A DNA stretch of 64,000 nt from Histomonas meleagridis 2922-C6/04-290x (taxonomy: Eukaryota > Protista > Parabasalia), in assembly GCA_020184695.1 (NCBI GenBank), contig JAANOX010000190.1, forward strand, positions 124,001-188,000, given 5' to 3'. This document shows positions 43,290 through 54,023 of the stretch, in pieces. The position numbers were made by a program, and so were the translations under genes. Within the stretch, counting starts at the first letter, position 1, and the number at the start of each line of letters is the position of its first letter. The notes under the pieces were generated by a model. It was given only the letters and a program-made list of their open reading frames with translations. It did not search any database and was not told where the DNA came from.

Positions 43290-43600
43290 AAGTTCATAGT
43301 ATTTTTAGCTAATATTTTCAAATAGTTTGTTGAATCCGATGCAAGGTGTTATGGCAGTTATCAGTGATAACTTATCACACTAATTGGTGCACAGAAAATT
43401 GTTTGCGTTTTTCACTGCTTCTATTATTTCATTAGAAATATATCTGGTTCTTTTAAATTCATTAGGGGAATCAATGGAATAAACAATAACAAACACACCG
43501 TCATTACAAAAACTAGAAACTATAAATGTACCATATCTTCCCAATCCATTGGAATCCCAAATATCCAGAATAATTAAACATGTTTAATTACTTTCTACCA
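43290..43600 (-). pseudogene. Ras-like small GTPase relic
   Basis: ILDIWDSNG...FVIVYSIDS...N*CD with in-frame stops. Confidence 0.5.
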
Positions 43601-44125
43601 TAGCGTGTACAACCAAGTGAATGTTCTGGATTTGAACAATATCTTTCAAAATAAAATCTGATGATAGTAGTTTCCTCAACATGTTAATACGATATATTAA
43701 ACTCAACTTGCGATTTTACTATAAAACGTTAAATGTCATTGTGGAGAGTCAGTCCCACCTGTTGTTTTTGCTGCTTTCCATGGATTAACTGCAGTTGTTT
43801 CCGAAGCAACTATATTTGGACATAGAAGATAATTCAACAACAACGAATTTGTGATTAAATATTGATTTCAATTTTGAGGCACAATTTATGCATAAAAATC
43901 AGATAAACAGAAAAACACTTAAATTTTTTTGATATTGCTTTTCATTGTAACACCACATGTTCAACACAGTGAATGGTATCACTGATGAAGCATATAATGA
44001 TAATAAATATTATTTTAACGAGTTTCTTCTAAAAGAATATAAACAAATTTATTTTACTGAAAGACGTGTAATTTCATAAATTGATAAAAATAAATTTAAT
44101 GTCACACTATTGGTTTACATATTAT

Positions 44126-45286
44126 TTAATTCGGGATATTTTGTACTACTTGGCATTGACCAGATTTTTTCAGAATAGTTTCGAAATCGTCAACGACCGA
44201 TCCGACCTGTGCATCAGTGTCATGGTACTTACATCCGAGAATGATTTTTTTCTCATCCAACACATCCCTCAAAGGCGCAGGAAACATTATAGCTAATTTA
44301 TCTGATTTTATAATTGTTATATCGAAATTTGCATTGCAAATATATATTTTATCATTTTCACCTTCGGCTGATAAAAAACTCCTAAACAATTCACGATGAG
44401 TTTTAATCTCATTTTCAGTGGTTGCTATACTTATAGATCCATCTTGAAATGGAATAGACTCGAAAATGTTCAGCAAACGCGAGTACATCAAACTTTCGGT
44501 TTGGTCTGAAAAAGTTTCGGGCAAAAAGTGCTGCGCGAAAAGATATTTTTTGGAGCTAATAAAATTGGAATGATTAAATAGAATGGCACTATTGTTGTTT
44601 CTATCAACAGGGAATTGGGATGTGGGGCTAAGAAGAAATTCCCATTGATCTATGGTATGTGTTTGTGGGAATAAATGATTTGGAATCCATCGATATTTTT
44701 GAACAATGGACGGTCCATTACTTGGACGTTCCCAAAAGAGTTCAAATAGCATAGAAAGGTCTTTTGCAATTGGGTCACAATTGGAAAATTTTGCAAGATA
44801 TGATAATGAATTGCCGGATTTAATATTAAAAAAGGCTGATGGAAAATATGAACTGCGGTCATCAGCAACTGCAAAATTAACATGTAATTCGTAACGGGAA
44901 TCTGTGAAATAACGAACAGAAACACCAGGCGGTAAAGTTAAGGATTTACTGTTGGTATAAACACGAACTGTCACACCACGATGAATTGTTTCATTAAGAA
45001 TATTGAACCATTGGACGGGAGTAGATGTAAAATTATCTGGTAAAGATATAACAATGTCAATATTGTTTTGAACAGACCCTATAAATGTACTAAATAATTC
45101 AATCGTTCTTGATGATGATAAAAATATATTTGCTTGCGGTGCGTCACACTTATCATCAATTTCATATTTTTTCTCTTTCTGAAGAAATATCATAAGGGCC
45201 ACCATCACGAGACTGATGAAAAGTAATATTGCTTCAAATATATCGAAAAAAGATAATTTCTTAAGAAATCTTAAAACTTTGTTCAT
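44126..45286 (-). CDS. PLD3/PLD4-like type II membrane protein with degenerate HKD motifs
   Basis: N-terminal TM, RGVTVRV, LHVNFAVAD (vs HxKxxxxD) and CDPIAKDLSMLFELFW. Confidence 0.7.
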   Translation of the reverse strand: MNKVLRFLKKLSFFDIFEAILLFISLVMVALMIFLQKEKKYEIDDKCDAPQANIFLSSSRTIELFSTFIGSVQNNIDIVISLPDNFTSTPVQWFNILNETIHRGVTVRVYTNSKSLTLPPGVSVRYFTDSRYELHVNFAVADDRSSYFPSAFFNIKSGNSLSYLAKFSNCDPIAKDLSMLFELFWERPSNGPSIVQKYRWIPNHLFPQTHTIDQWEFLLSPTSQFPVDRNNNSAILFNHSNFISSKKYLFAQHFLPETFSDQTESLMYSRLLNIFESIPFQDGSISIATTENEIKTHRELFRSFLSAEGENDKIYICNANFDITIIKSDKLAIMFPAPLRDVLDEKKIILGCKYHDTDAQVGSVVDDFETILKKSGQCQVVQNIPN

Positions 45287-45560
45287 TTTGAATTGGGATG
45301 CCCCGTTTTCGGTTGTAGAAAATCATCTTCAAATTCATTAAAAGCTTTGTTAATAATATTATTGAAGACAAATATGTTTACATTAATTCAACATTACGCG
45401 TTTATATTTTACGAAAAGTATGACTTGTTTCACAAATTTTCAATTTTTAAAAATAAATTTATAGCTTTATTTTTGTTTAATTCCAATTCAATCAATACAA
45501 TTAAGCAAGCAAATTTAAGCAATTCTAAAAGTCATAGAAGAAATTTTTTTATTTCTTAAT

Positions 45561-46163
45561 TTATGCAATCAAACCAATATTAAGAAGCATGTTTTCAAAC
45601 CTAATGTGTTGATACTTCTCCATGAATATGAGTGCATATCTGAGGCGATCAAATTTAACAAATCCAAATCTTTTGAATCCAACTTCATCTCGAGGAACTA
45701 CAACACGAACGAAGTAATTGCATGCATTATCCTTCAAGAATTCTTCTAGCTTGTATTTATCAACACCTTCTGGCAAATTATCAACACGAACGGTGAATAA
45801 GTCGTCGTGATAAGAAAATGGGTTGACTGTAGTAATTGGTTCATCAACCCATTTAGTCTTATCTTGAATCAATCCACTTTCTGCCATTGCTTTTTGAACT
45901 TGACTTTGCCAACTTTGATTATCAAATTGTTTCTTGATCAAATCATCAATTGTTAATTCCTTTCCGCTCTCGACGTTACTAGTTGGGATTAAATGAAGGT
46001 TTACTTTAGCTGGAACTGAATCTGGAAATTGGTTTGTTGTAAATTCTGGATTTTTTAGTCTTTCATTAATTTCGTTAGGTATAGACACACTCAAAGTGTG
46101 TGTCTTTGTATCATATTTTTGAATGAAAGGAGCAAGTATTGGAAGAGGCAATTGTTCGGCCAT
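45561..46163 (-). CDS. C-terminal RRM protein, eIF3g-like
   Basis: DDLFTVRVDNLPE...RFGFVKF...MLLNI resembles the eIF3g RRM. ATG at 46163. Confidence 0.6.
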   Translation of the reverse strand: MAEQLPLPILAPFIQKYDTKTHTLSVSIPNEINERLKNPEFTTNQFPDSVPAKVNLHLIPTSNVESGKELTIDDLIKKQFDNQSWQSQVQKAMAESGLIQDKTKWVDEPITTVNPFSYHDDLFTVRVDNLPEGVDKYKLEEFLKDNACNYFVRVVVPRDEVGFKRFGFVKFDRLRYALIFMEKYQHIRFENMLLNIGLIA

Positions 46164-46288
46164 GTTGATTTGGAATAACCGTTTATTCCATTGTCGACCG
46201 TTTACGCTTTTTTTTTTTTGGTCGTGCAACTTTTTGAATTGATTTCTGAAGATTAAGATTTTACGTCTCGAACAACCGATTCGGCACA

Positions 46289-47845
46289 ATGAATGGATCA
46301 GGGCCGATGCTTGGCCCATATGCACTCATTGGGAAATTGGGCCAAGGAACAAGTGGGCAAGTTAGACTTGCAGTTAATGTAGAAACTAAACAAAAAGTTG
46401 CAATTAAGATTATTAACAAAGAAATTTTCGCATCAAAGCCAAATTTACAAGTAAAAGTTCAGAGAGAAATTGCATTGATGAATCTTGCAGATCACCCACA
46501 TTTGTTAAAACTACTAGACGTTTTGGAATCTCCTCGACATCTTTACATTGTCGTTGAATACGCAGCTAAAGGTGAATTATTCAACTTTTTAGTAGAACAC
46601 AAGTCGCTTGATGAAGGAATGGCAATGAAATTTTTCAGACAAATCATTTATGGATTAGAATACCTTCACTCTCTTGGAATTTGCCACCGAGACTTAAAAC
46701 CAGAAAATATTCTTTTAGATGAAAATCTAAACATAAAAATTGCTGATTTCGGTTTTGCCAGATTTGTGAAATATAGCATTGCCGAAACATCATGTGGTTC
46801 ACCACATTATGCAGCACCAGAAGTCATTGCAGGTCATCCATATGATGGACGAATGGCTGATGTCTGGAGTTGTGGTGTAATTTTATATGCATTATTAGCA
46901 GTATGTTTTTCCAAGTGCCAGCAAAATTGCGGCGCTTGTATTCAGGATTCTAACACATAGGGTTATCTTCCATTTGATGATAAGTCCATTCGTGGTCTTC
47001 TCACCAAAGTTAAAAGAGGTGTATATCAAATGCCTAATTTCTCGGAACCAGCCAAAGACTTTATTTCGAAGATCCTCGTCCTTGACCCATCTAAGCGCCT
47101 TACGATTCCTGGCATGAAGATGCATCCATTTTTCAGAATTAACCTCCCATCGGAGTACGTTATCCCGACACCGTTACCGATTCCGTCACTTTTGGCGCCG
47201 ATAGACCTGTCGACGGTTAATCCCGGGGTTCTTGATGTGCTTCGAAAAATCGGCTGTTCCAATGATGAAGAGCTTTTTGCAGATCTCACATCTAACCAGC
47301 ACACTATGGCTAAAGTTTTTTGTTATATGCTTGCATCAAAACTCTCATTAGAACAAATAGATTGGAGTCAATCTATGAGTAACTCATTTAACGCACAGAC
47401 AGAAAACGAAGATGTTTATACTTTAAATGCATTGAACTCATATTCTGGATCGTATAATGATCCATTTCAATTCCAAAACCAATCAGTCGATTTTGCAACA
47501 TCAGTGGCACATAGAGCAGATTGGGTTCTTGGATCGTCAGAAGAACAAGTTGAAGACATACAAAAGTTCAGCATTATTGCAAATATGTCACGCGTTTATG
47601 CTCTTTTAGCAATGCAAAGATTAATGCGCCAGCTTGACATGCAGTGGTTCCACTCAGATGATTTTGTGATAATTGCGCGAAGAGAGCCCACGTACATCCT
47701 CATCCGCTGTATTGACATGGATGATGAAAAAGTGACAGTTTACATTCAGTGCATTAACGGTCCCGGCGAATTCTTCTCTCACATTTGTCATGCGGCAGAT
47801 GATATTATTAACCAGATGAATATGAGCAATTGGTATTGCAATTAA
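46289..47845 (+). CDS. CAMK-group kinase (BRSK/SAD/Gin4-like), two exons: 46289-46900 and 46961-47845
   Basis: Splicing 46901-46960 restores ...YALLA|GYLPFDD... and joins the two annotated ORFs. Confidence 0.93.
46901..46960 (+). other. 60-nt spliceosomal intron (trichomonad type)
   Basis: 5' GTATGT; fused branch point/3' site TTCTAACACATAG matches the trichomonad RCTAACACACAG consensus. Phase 0; the terminal TAG is an in-frame stop if the intron is retained. Confidence 0.92.
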
Positions 47846-48309
47846 AGTAGACTTTTTTATTCATTTGATTTTTGATGTTTTAAAAATTTTCTAATTAATT
47901 TTCATTTTTATAAATGATTTGATTACTTATGTTCATTAATGCATTTGCTTTGTCTTTATAAAAATGTGAATATATCAAAATAAAATGCTTTAAAAATATA
48001 TAATAGTAAATTATCACATAGTTACACATGTACTTTCGCTAAGTGATACACCCTATATTACATGTTTTTACTTGAATCATCCATCTGTTTTTTTTACATG
48101 TTTATTTATTTTTACAAGCAATACTTTCATTTTATTCTCAACTTTTATCTCTGATAATAGCTATTTGAACTAATGGAAAAGTGACAATCAGACCCATTGC
48201 ATTCAATTTCAGCGAAATTATTCAGAGAAAATGGCGGCTAAATCTCAAATAACCGTTTACACCGCCATTTGGCCTTTTGACTTTTTGAACAAATTTTGAT
48301 CGCCATTCG

Positions 48310-49932
48310 ATGGGAAACAAAAGATCCGGAAGGCGCAGCATTGTTGCACCTCCTCTTTCCCGAGCTAAGAGCATACCAACACGTTGGCTTTCGTGCCCAG
48401 AATTTGGCCAACCGATAACAATTCCACAAAATACTAATCTAATATTTATACCAATGAAGACACCACTACCTGAATCATATTCTGAAGCACTTGGTCCCAG
48501 GTACGAATGGACTGTACCAAAAGCTATTGAAAAAGTCCAATCACTTGTTTCACCACCAAATCCACATTTTCATGCAATCAATGTATCACATAAAAACGAA
48601 ATAATCACAGAAGATGATTGGTCCGCACATAATATCACATATTCAAGGGTTTCAATTTCTAAAGAGTATAAACCAGAATCTATTGATGTTTTTTGCCAAA
48701 TCATTGGTGATAAACTAAACGAAACTACCGACGGAACTCTTTTATGTTTACTTTATTGCGGGTCAGGTCTTAATCGCATTGGATTTTGCCTATCAGCCAT
48801 CCTTACAAAAGAATATGGTTTTTCTTTAAAAGACTCTCTACAAATTTGTGATGAATCATCACCTCGCTTAATCTATAAGCAAAGGCCTTTAGATGTTTTG
48901 TGTGAATATTTTCGAGAGGGAATTATTTCTCATGGGCCAGCACCAGAATGGGTCAAAACAGACACCAGACCTGGTCCTATTGGAGACATTCCTTTACCTC
49001 TTGAAAAGTTCAATACTCTTTCGAAAATTTCCAAGAAAAATTTCACTCTTGATGAAAAATATGAAGTTTTGAAAATTCTTGCATCCGCAACCACTGTAAA
49101 TTGGCTTAAAACAAGTGAGTCATTCCCCGTTATGAACACAACAGTTTGGAACCCACAGAGTCTTATCGAGATTCAAACGAACGTTCATTTGTGCACTTTT
49201 GAGCCAAGAGGAGAACGTTTATTTTTGATCGTAACCGGAGATTCAAATGTTTACGTCGTCGAACCGTCGATGATTGTCACTCCGATACGTGTCAGATCCA
49301 AATGTGAAGTTCCCGCAGTCGTTAGTTGTGTTCTCATTGAGGAAAAGAAGAGCCGTCCTGTGTTTCTTTTGACTGACATTCTTCTCTATGGGTCTCTTCA
49401 AACGTATAAGCTTCCATTAAAAGATCGTCTTTCATATTTAGCAAACGAATTTGCATTGGACACCTCTGATATAAAAGATTCAGGCGTACAATTCATATTT
49501 AGGCCTATGGCTGAGGTGTCTAACGCGTCTAAGCTTAGGAGAGACTTGAACTCGTTGTTCGTTAAGTCTGATGGCATTTCTTTCTTCAATTGTCACGAGG
49601 AAGCTGGAAAGTCACTTTTTCTGCCGATAAAGCCGTCATTTGTCTTTCAATTTGTTTACAACGGAAACGATAGGGCGGTTTTGTACGCTAGAAATAATAT
49701 TCCAATAGGAATTTATAAGGCACCAAATTCGAAGTATAATGGAATGGATGATAGAACAAATAGATTCATTTTCGATATTGATAAAAATGAATGGTTGCCG
49801 ATAACCGTTGGAAATAACAATTTGCCATCGACGATAGAGGAGGTTAGAGCGGTTTTGACATTCCAACAAAATAATAACAGCGCAATGATAGATAAAATAT
49901 TCTCTCAACTTGATAAGATATCATATGAATAA
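48310..49932 (+). CDS. Bifunctional (metazoan-type) mRNA capping enzyme-like protein: CX5R triphosphatase plus degenerate guanylyltransferase
   Basis: IPTRWLSCPEFGQPI...FIPMKTPL (RNGTT N-terminus) and YCGSGLNRIGF. GTase motif I reads FEPRG instead of KxDG. Confidence 0.8.
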   Translation: MGNKRSGRRSIVAPPLSRAKSIPTRWLSCPEFGQPITIPQNTNLIFIPMKTPLPESYSEALGPRYEWTVPKAIEKVQSLVSPPNPHFHAINVSHKNEIITEDDWSAHNITYSRVSISKEYKPESIDVFCQIIGDKLNETTDGTLLCLLYCGSGLNRIGFCLSAILTKEYGFSLKDSLQICDESSPRLIYKQRPLDVLCEYFREGIISHGPAPEWVKTDTRPGPIGDIPLPLEKFNTLSKISKKNFTLDEKYEVLKILASATTVNWLKTSESFPVMNTTVWNPQSLIEIQTNVHLCTFEPRGERLFLIVTGDSNVYVVEPSMIVTPIRVRSKCEVPAVVSCVLIEEKKSRPVFLLTDILLYGSLQTYKLPLKDRLSYLANEFALDTSDIKDSGVQFIFRPMAEVSNASKLRRDLNSLFVKSDGISFFNCHEEAGKSLFLPIKPSFVFQFVYNGNDRAVLYARNNIPIGIYKAPNSKYNGMDDRTNRFIFDIDKNEWLPITVGNNNLPSTIEEVRAVLTFQQNNNSAMIDKIFSQLDKISYE

Positions 49933-49989
49933 TAAATAAACGAATTTACTGTAATTCTTTGATTTTTTGTGATATAATGAAATTACTTT

Positions 49990-50285
49990 ATAACAAAATT
50001 TGGAGTTTTATATCAATCGAAATCGCTCACTGTGTTCTTACAATATTACCATTAATGAATAATCAAATCTAACAACAAAATAGTTTAATAGCAAAACTTG
50101 CTGAAGTCATCTTCATAACAAAATTTGGAGTTTAATATAAAAGAAGTCGCTCATTATGTTCTTACAATATGAATATTAATGAATAATCAAATCTAACAAC
50201 GCAACAATTTAATAGCAAAACTTGCTGAAGTCATCTTCACAACAAAATTTGGAGTTTAATATAAAAGAAGGCGCTCATTATGTTC
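49990..50285 (+). repeat. ~125-bp tandem repeat, 2.4 copies
   Basis: A(T/C)AACAAAATTTGGAGTTT starts at 49990, 50115 and 50239. Confidence 0.9.
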
Positions 50286-50378
50286 ACTCATATTCAAATC
50301 GCACAGCAGTTCAACATTTTCAACATTTTCTTAATTCTTCATCAAACATAATCTGAATCATAAATTTATTCAAAATAT

Positions 50379-53300
50379 TTATTTTTTATTTCTCATTTTC
50401 CTCTTGTTCGCCTCTGCCCTCTTCTTCATCTCCTCCTGCCTGTGCTTCATGATCATGTCCGCCTGCAGCTTCACGTTCTGCTTGAACATTTCCCTCAGCC
50501 CGAACTCGTGCCTTTCCTCCGGCAGCACGTCGTCGTTGTTCCGCTTGTAGTGCGCGATCCCGTTCAGCACGTCGGCGGCGACCAATCCTTTGCATTTGTG
50601 CTTGTTGCCGAAGGTGAAAACAGTCAAACAGATTTTCTCAGCCACAAAAGACAAAACGAAGTCGAACAATGTCACAATGACCATTTTGTTACGAAACTCA
50701 GAAGTTGGGAACGGAACAAGCTCAAGAAATTGCTGCACAAGTTCATTGTTATTCAAAAGCATCACAACAACAAAAATGATGGAAAATATTATACTAAATG
50801 ATAAAATGCGATTTTCAAAAAATGCTTCCATAAATGGTTTCCCGCGATAATTTGTGATGAACGCTGAGATCTGCATCTCACAGGTGGCTATAAAGATGGC
50901 TGTGTTCATTAGACTTGGATGGAATTTAACTTTATAATCAAATGCTTCATTAGTATAACCTGTATCAAATACCATTCGCTTAATAAAGATAATACAGATT
51001 AAATGAATAGCAAATTGTAATAAAACTGATGTGACTAAATATAAATTAAATTGGGATTCAAACGGTCGCTCGGAGCTTAACGTGCGAAGAGGCTTGGCGA
51101 ACGTTACGGCTATCGTGGCAAACGATAGGGCTAACGAGAAAATTGTCATTTGACGATCACCAAATTTAACGTTCTCTATAAACAAAACTGACACAGTATA
51201 AGCCGATATCATACAATTCAATGAAAGTTGTTTGAAAAGATCTATCGTAGATGATAGGGTGGCCCGACCAAACCTGATAATGTCAATACAAGCACTAATT
51301 GTGGCTCGCTTAGAAACAAATGGTGCTGCAATAGAAGCAGCGCCCAACTTAGGCTTGTACTCAGTTTCATTTAATAAGTCAGGATCATCAATATAATTTT
51401 CAACAAGGCCAATACCAACATCAGCTTGTTTTAATGCACCAACATCATTAGTGCCATCACCACACATCAAAGTTTTGATTCCCATTTCTTTCATTTTAAT
51501 CAATATATTTGCTTTTGATTGTGGAGACATTCTTGCAAATATGTTACATTCTCTAATAACTTTCTTTAGCTCTTCTTCTGACTTAATTTTATTTAATCCT
51601 TTTTCAGTATAACAAATTGAATAATTATCCAGATTTTCATCAGGCTTAACCTCATTACCAAACTCATCATGAATTATTTCATCATAAATCAATGGTGGTT
51701 TTGTAATTATATGAATTCTTGATGCAACATTACATGCTGTTAATGGGTCATCACCAGTAATTATAACCACTCGATGTGTAGAACGTAATAATTCAACAAT
51801 TGTATCTTCTGTTCCACGTTTTAATGGTGATGAAAACACCGAAAATCCGGCGAACGTTAAGTCCTTTTCAACTTCTTCACGAGTGACTTCACTGTCAAAG
51901 TTACCGTTAATTCGTTTATATGCTAATGCGAGTACTCTGCATCCTTGTTTAGTGTAGTTACGATATGTTTCATAGTATTTATTTGGTACTTCTGTAAGAA
52001 GTTGTGCTATAGCTTCAGGAGCTCCTTTTGTTAAGACATAAGTTTTTGTTGAATTATTTGTTGTTATGTTAGTTATTGTTGACATACGTCTTAATTCTGA
52101 TGAGAAATGAAATGTTTTCTTATTGACTATGATTGAATTACGAAATCGTATTTTTCCATCAGAATTCATTTTGAATGAAAGTGACTTAAATGCTGCTGAT
52201 TCAAGTGAATCACCAATTAATTGGCCTTCTTGACCAACCACTAATGAATGACATGATCCTATAACATATAATGATTCTTGTGATAAGTCATTTAAACGGT
52301 TTTTGAGGTTCCCTTTAATTTCTTTTTGAGAGCTATCGGCAGCGTCACTTTTTGTCATATCGTCAACGCCCATAAACTTGTATTCTTCTAATGTTAAAGT
52401 ACCTGTTTTATCAAAACAACACACGGAGATAGATCCTGCATATGGTATACGAAATGGTTCTGTACAAAAAACTGAAAGTTTTGATAATGCTAATAATGAA
52501 CTATTCACAGATAATGTAAGTTCCATTGGTAAATCAGGTGGTATAGTAGATGTAATAATTAGTAATACTTCTACTATAATCCTAAATGTACTAATTGTTG
52601 TGCTTTTGATTCCATAATAAATGACATAAATTGAGGCCATAACCGCAAAAACCGTCAAAAACATCAAAAGTTGAATGGAACCTTTCGACTCGACTGCAAT
52701 TCGTTGTGAAGCAAATAAAATCGTACGTATTAATTTGCCTTGTGCACTACCAAGACCTGTAGATAATACATAAGCAATACAACCTTGATCGGCTTTGTAA
52801 ATTACATTATCTCCTGGTAAAATTTGTTCGATTCTTGTTCCTGCAAATACTATATGACGCTTATCTGTGTTGAGATTTAATGGTCGATTGTTTGGGAGAT
52901 TAGATATTGAGATTTTAGCTTGTGGTGTAGATTCACCAGTAAGCATTGCTTCATTAACAACACATCTACCAGATAAAACAGCCATGTCGGCTGGACATTG
53001 TATTCCAGGCGTCTTAAGGAATACAATGTCCCCTGGTACAAGTTTGAAGCTGCTTATGATTTTCCATTCACCATCTCGGTAAACGGTCACCTTGATGGGT
53101 TTTGTTTCGACTCCTCGAAGTTCGAGAAGATTAGATTGTCGAGTACGGACTGTATTAGCTTCTACAAGGATAAGTGATAAAAGAGATACAAGTGGGAAAG
53201 TGAAATATTCATCAAACATCCAACAAATATTGGAAAATATTTGAAATACAAAAAATGGTGCAAGAATATGTTCTTTAAGAAGTTCTTTGAAAGATGGCAT

Positions 53301-53867
53301 TGGAATTTGATAAGAATTAGGGCCATAATATTCAAGTCGTTTTTTGGATTCTGATGTTGTTAATCCTTTTGATGTAAGATATGTTTGAATTATTTCATTA
53401 ACAGGATAAGTAAGTGGCTTAAAGTCATTGTTAACAAATTCTAATTTTTTTTGTTGGAATATTGCATATGGTGTATCTGTGTTACGAATTAATTCAACAA
53501 TATCAGGACTTCCACGATGTTTAGGATAAAATAAAACATGCGTGGCATGTTGTGGATCTGATTTTTTATAAGCAAAAACTTTTTTGAATGTTATTGACCA
53601 ATGAGAAATTAATAAAATTAATATATGAAAAGAAGCGACTATAAATGGTAAAACAACCTTGAATGTATGGGGTTCAAGTTGTGGTACATCAAGATGATCA
53701 ACAATAAATGCAAAAGTTCCATTTGATGGTTCACCAACAATTTCTGGAACCCAATTTTGTTTTAAAAGAATAAATGATGGAACTATTGTAAGAGGATACA
53801 AGATCAAAAAGAATAATGTATCGAAACGTTCCCATCTTTGGCGTTTGGACAAAAGCTCGAACCTCAT
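50379..53867 (-). CDS. P5A-type P-type ATPase (ATP13A1/Spf1 family)
   Basis: LTGES, PPDLPMEL, DKTGTLT, TGDD and GDGTNDVGAL. ATG at 53867 (the ORF track starts at an upstream TTG). Confidence 0.95.
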   Translation of the reverse strand: MRFELLSKRQRWERFDTLFFLILYPLTIVPSFILLKQNWVPEIVGEPSNGTFAFIVDHLDVPQLEPHTFKVVLPFIVASFHILILLISHWSITFKKVFAYKKSDPQHATHVLFYPKHRGSPDIVELIRNTDTPYAIFQQKKLEFVNNDFKPLTYPVNEIIQTYLTSKGLTTSESKKRLEYYGPNSYQIPMPSFKELLKEHILAPFFVFQIFSNICWMFDEYFTFPLVSLLSLILVEANTVRTRQSNLLELRGVETKPIKVTVYRDGEWKIISSFKLVPGDIVFLKTPGIQCPADMAVLSGRCVVNEAMLTGESTPQAKISISNLPNNRPLNLNTDKRHIVFAGTRIEQILPGDNVIYKADQGCIAYVLSTGLGSAQGKLIRTILFASQRIAVESKGSIQLLMFLTVFAVMASIYVIYYGIKSTTISTFRIIVEVLLIITSTIPPDLPMELTLSVNSSLLALSKLSVFCTEPFRIPYAGSISVCCFDKTGTLTLEEYKFMGVDDMTKSDAADSSQKEIKGNLKNRLNDLSQESLYVIGSCHSLVVGQEGQLIGDSLESAAFKSLSFKMNSDGKIRFRNSIIVNKKTFHFSSELRRMSTITNITTNNSTKTYVLTKGAPEAIAQLLTEVPNKYYETYRNYTKQGCRVLALAYKRINGNFDSEVTREEVEKDLTFAGFSVFSSPLKRGTEDTIVELLRSTHRVVIITGDDPLTACNVASRIHIITKPPLIYDEIIHDEFGNEVKPDENLDNYSICYTEKGLNKIKSEEELKKVIRECNIFARMSPQSKANILIKMKEMGIKTLMCGDGTNDVGALKQADVGIGLVENYIDDPDLLNETEYKPKLGAASIAAPFVSKRATISACIDIIRFGRATLSSTIDLFKQLSLNCMISAYTVSVLFIENVKFGDRQMTIFSLALSFATIAVTFAKPLRTLSSERPFESQFNLYLVTSVLLQFAIHLICIIFIKRMVFDTGYTNEAFDYKVKFHPSLMNTAIFIATCEMQISAFITNYRGKPFMEAFFENRILSFSIIFSIIFVVVMLLNNNELVQQFLELVPFPTSEFRNKMVIVTLFDFVLSFVAEKICLTVFTFGNKHKCKGLVAADVLNGIAHYKRNNDDVLPEERHEFGLREMFKQNVKLQADMIMKHRQEEMKKRAEANKRKMRNKK

Positions 53868-54023
53868 TTTTCGTTTGACCAACTTTGCTCGAATAAATTC
53901 AATGTTGTAAATGGCCTCATAGAATATTTTGAAATAGGATCTTTTCTCAAATTTTGAAAAAGCCGTTATGACTTGTGTAGACCGTTTATTTGGGATTTAA
54001 GAAGCTTTGTCTGAACACTTCAT

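Noticed and set aside
46289-46960. Separate 223-aa and 271-aa ORFs
   Set aside because: They are two exons of one kinase joined by the 46901-46960 intron.
50386-50850. Overlapping alternative-frame ORFs (50386-50595, 50442-50801, 50590-50850)
   Set aside because: By-products of the GC3-rich tract, which is depleted of stops in other frames.
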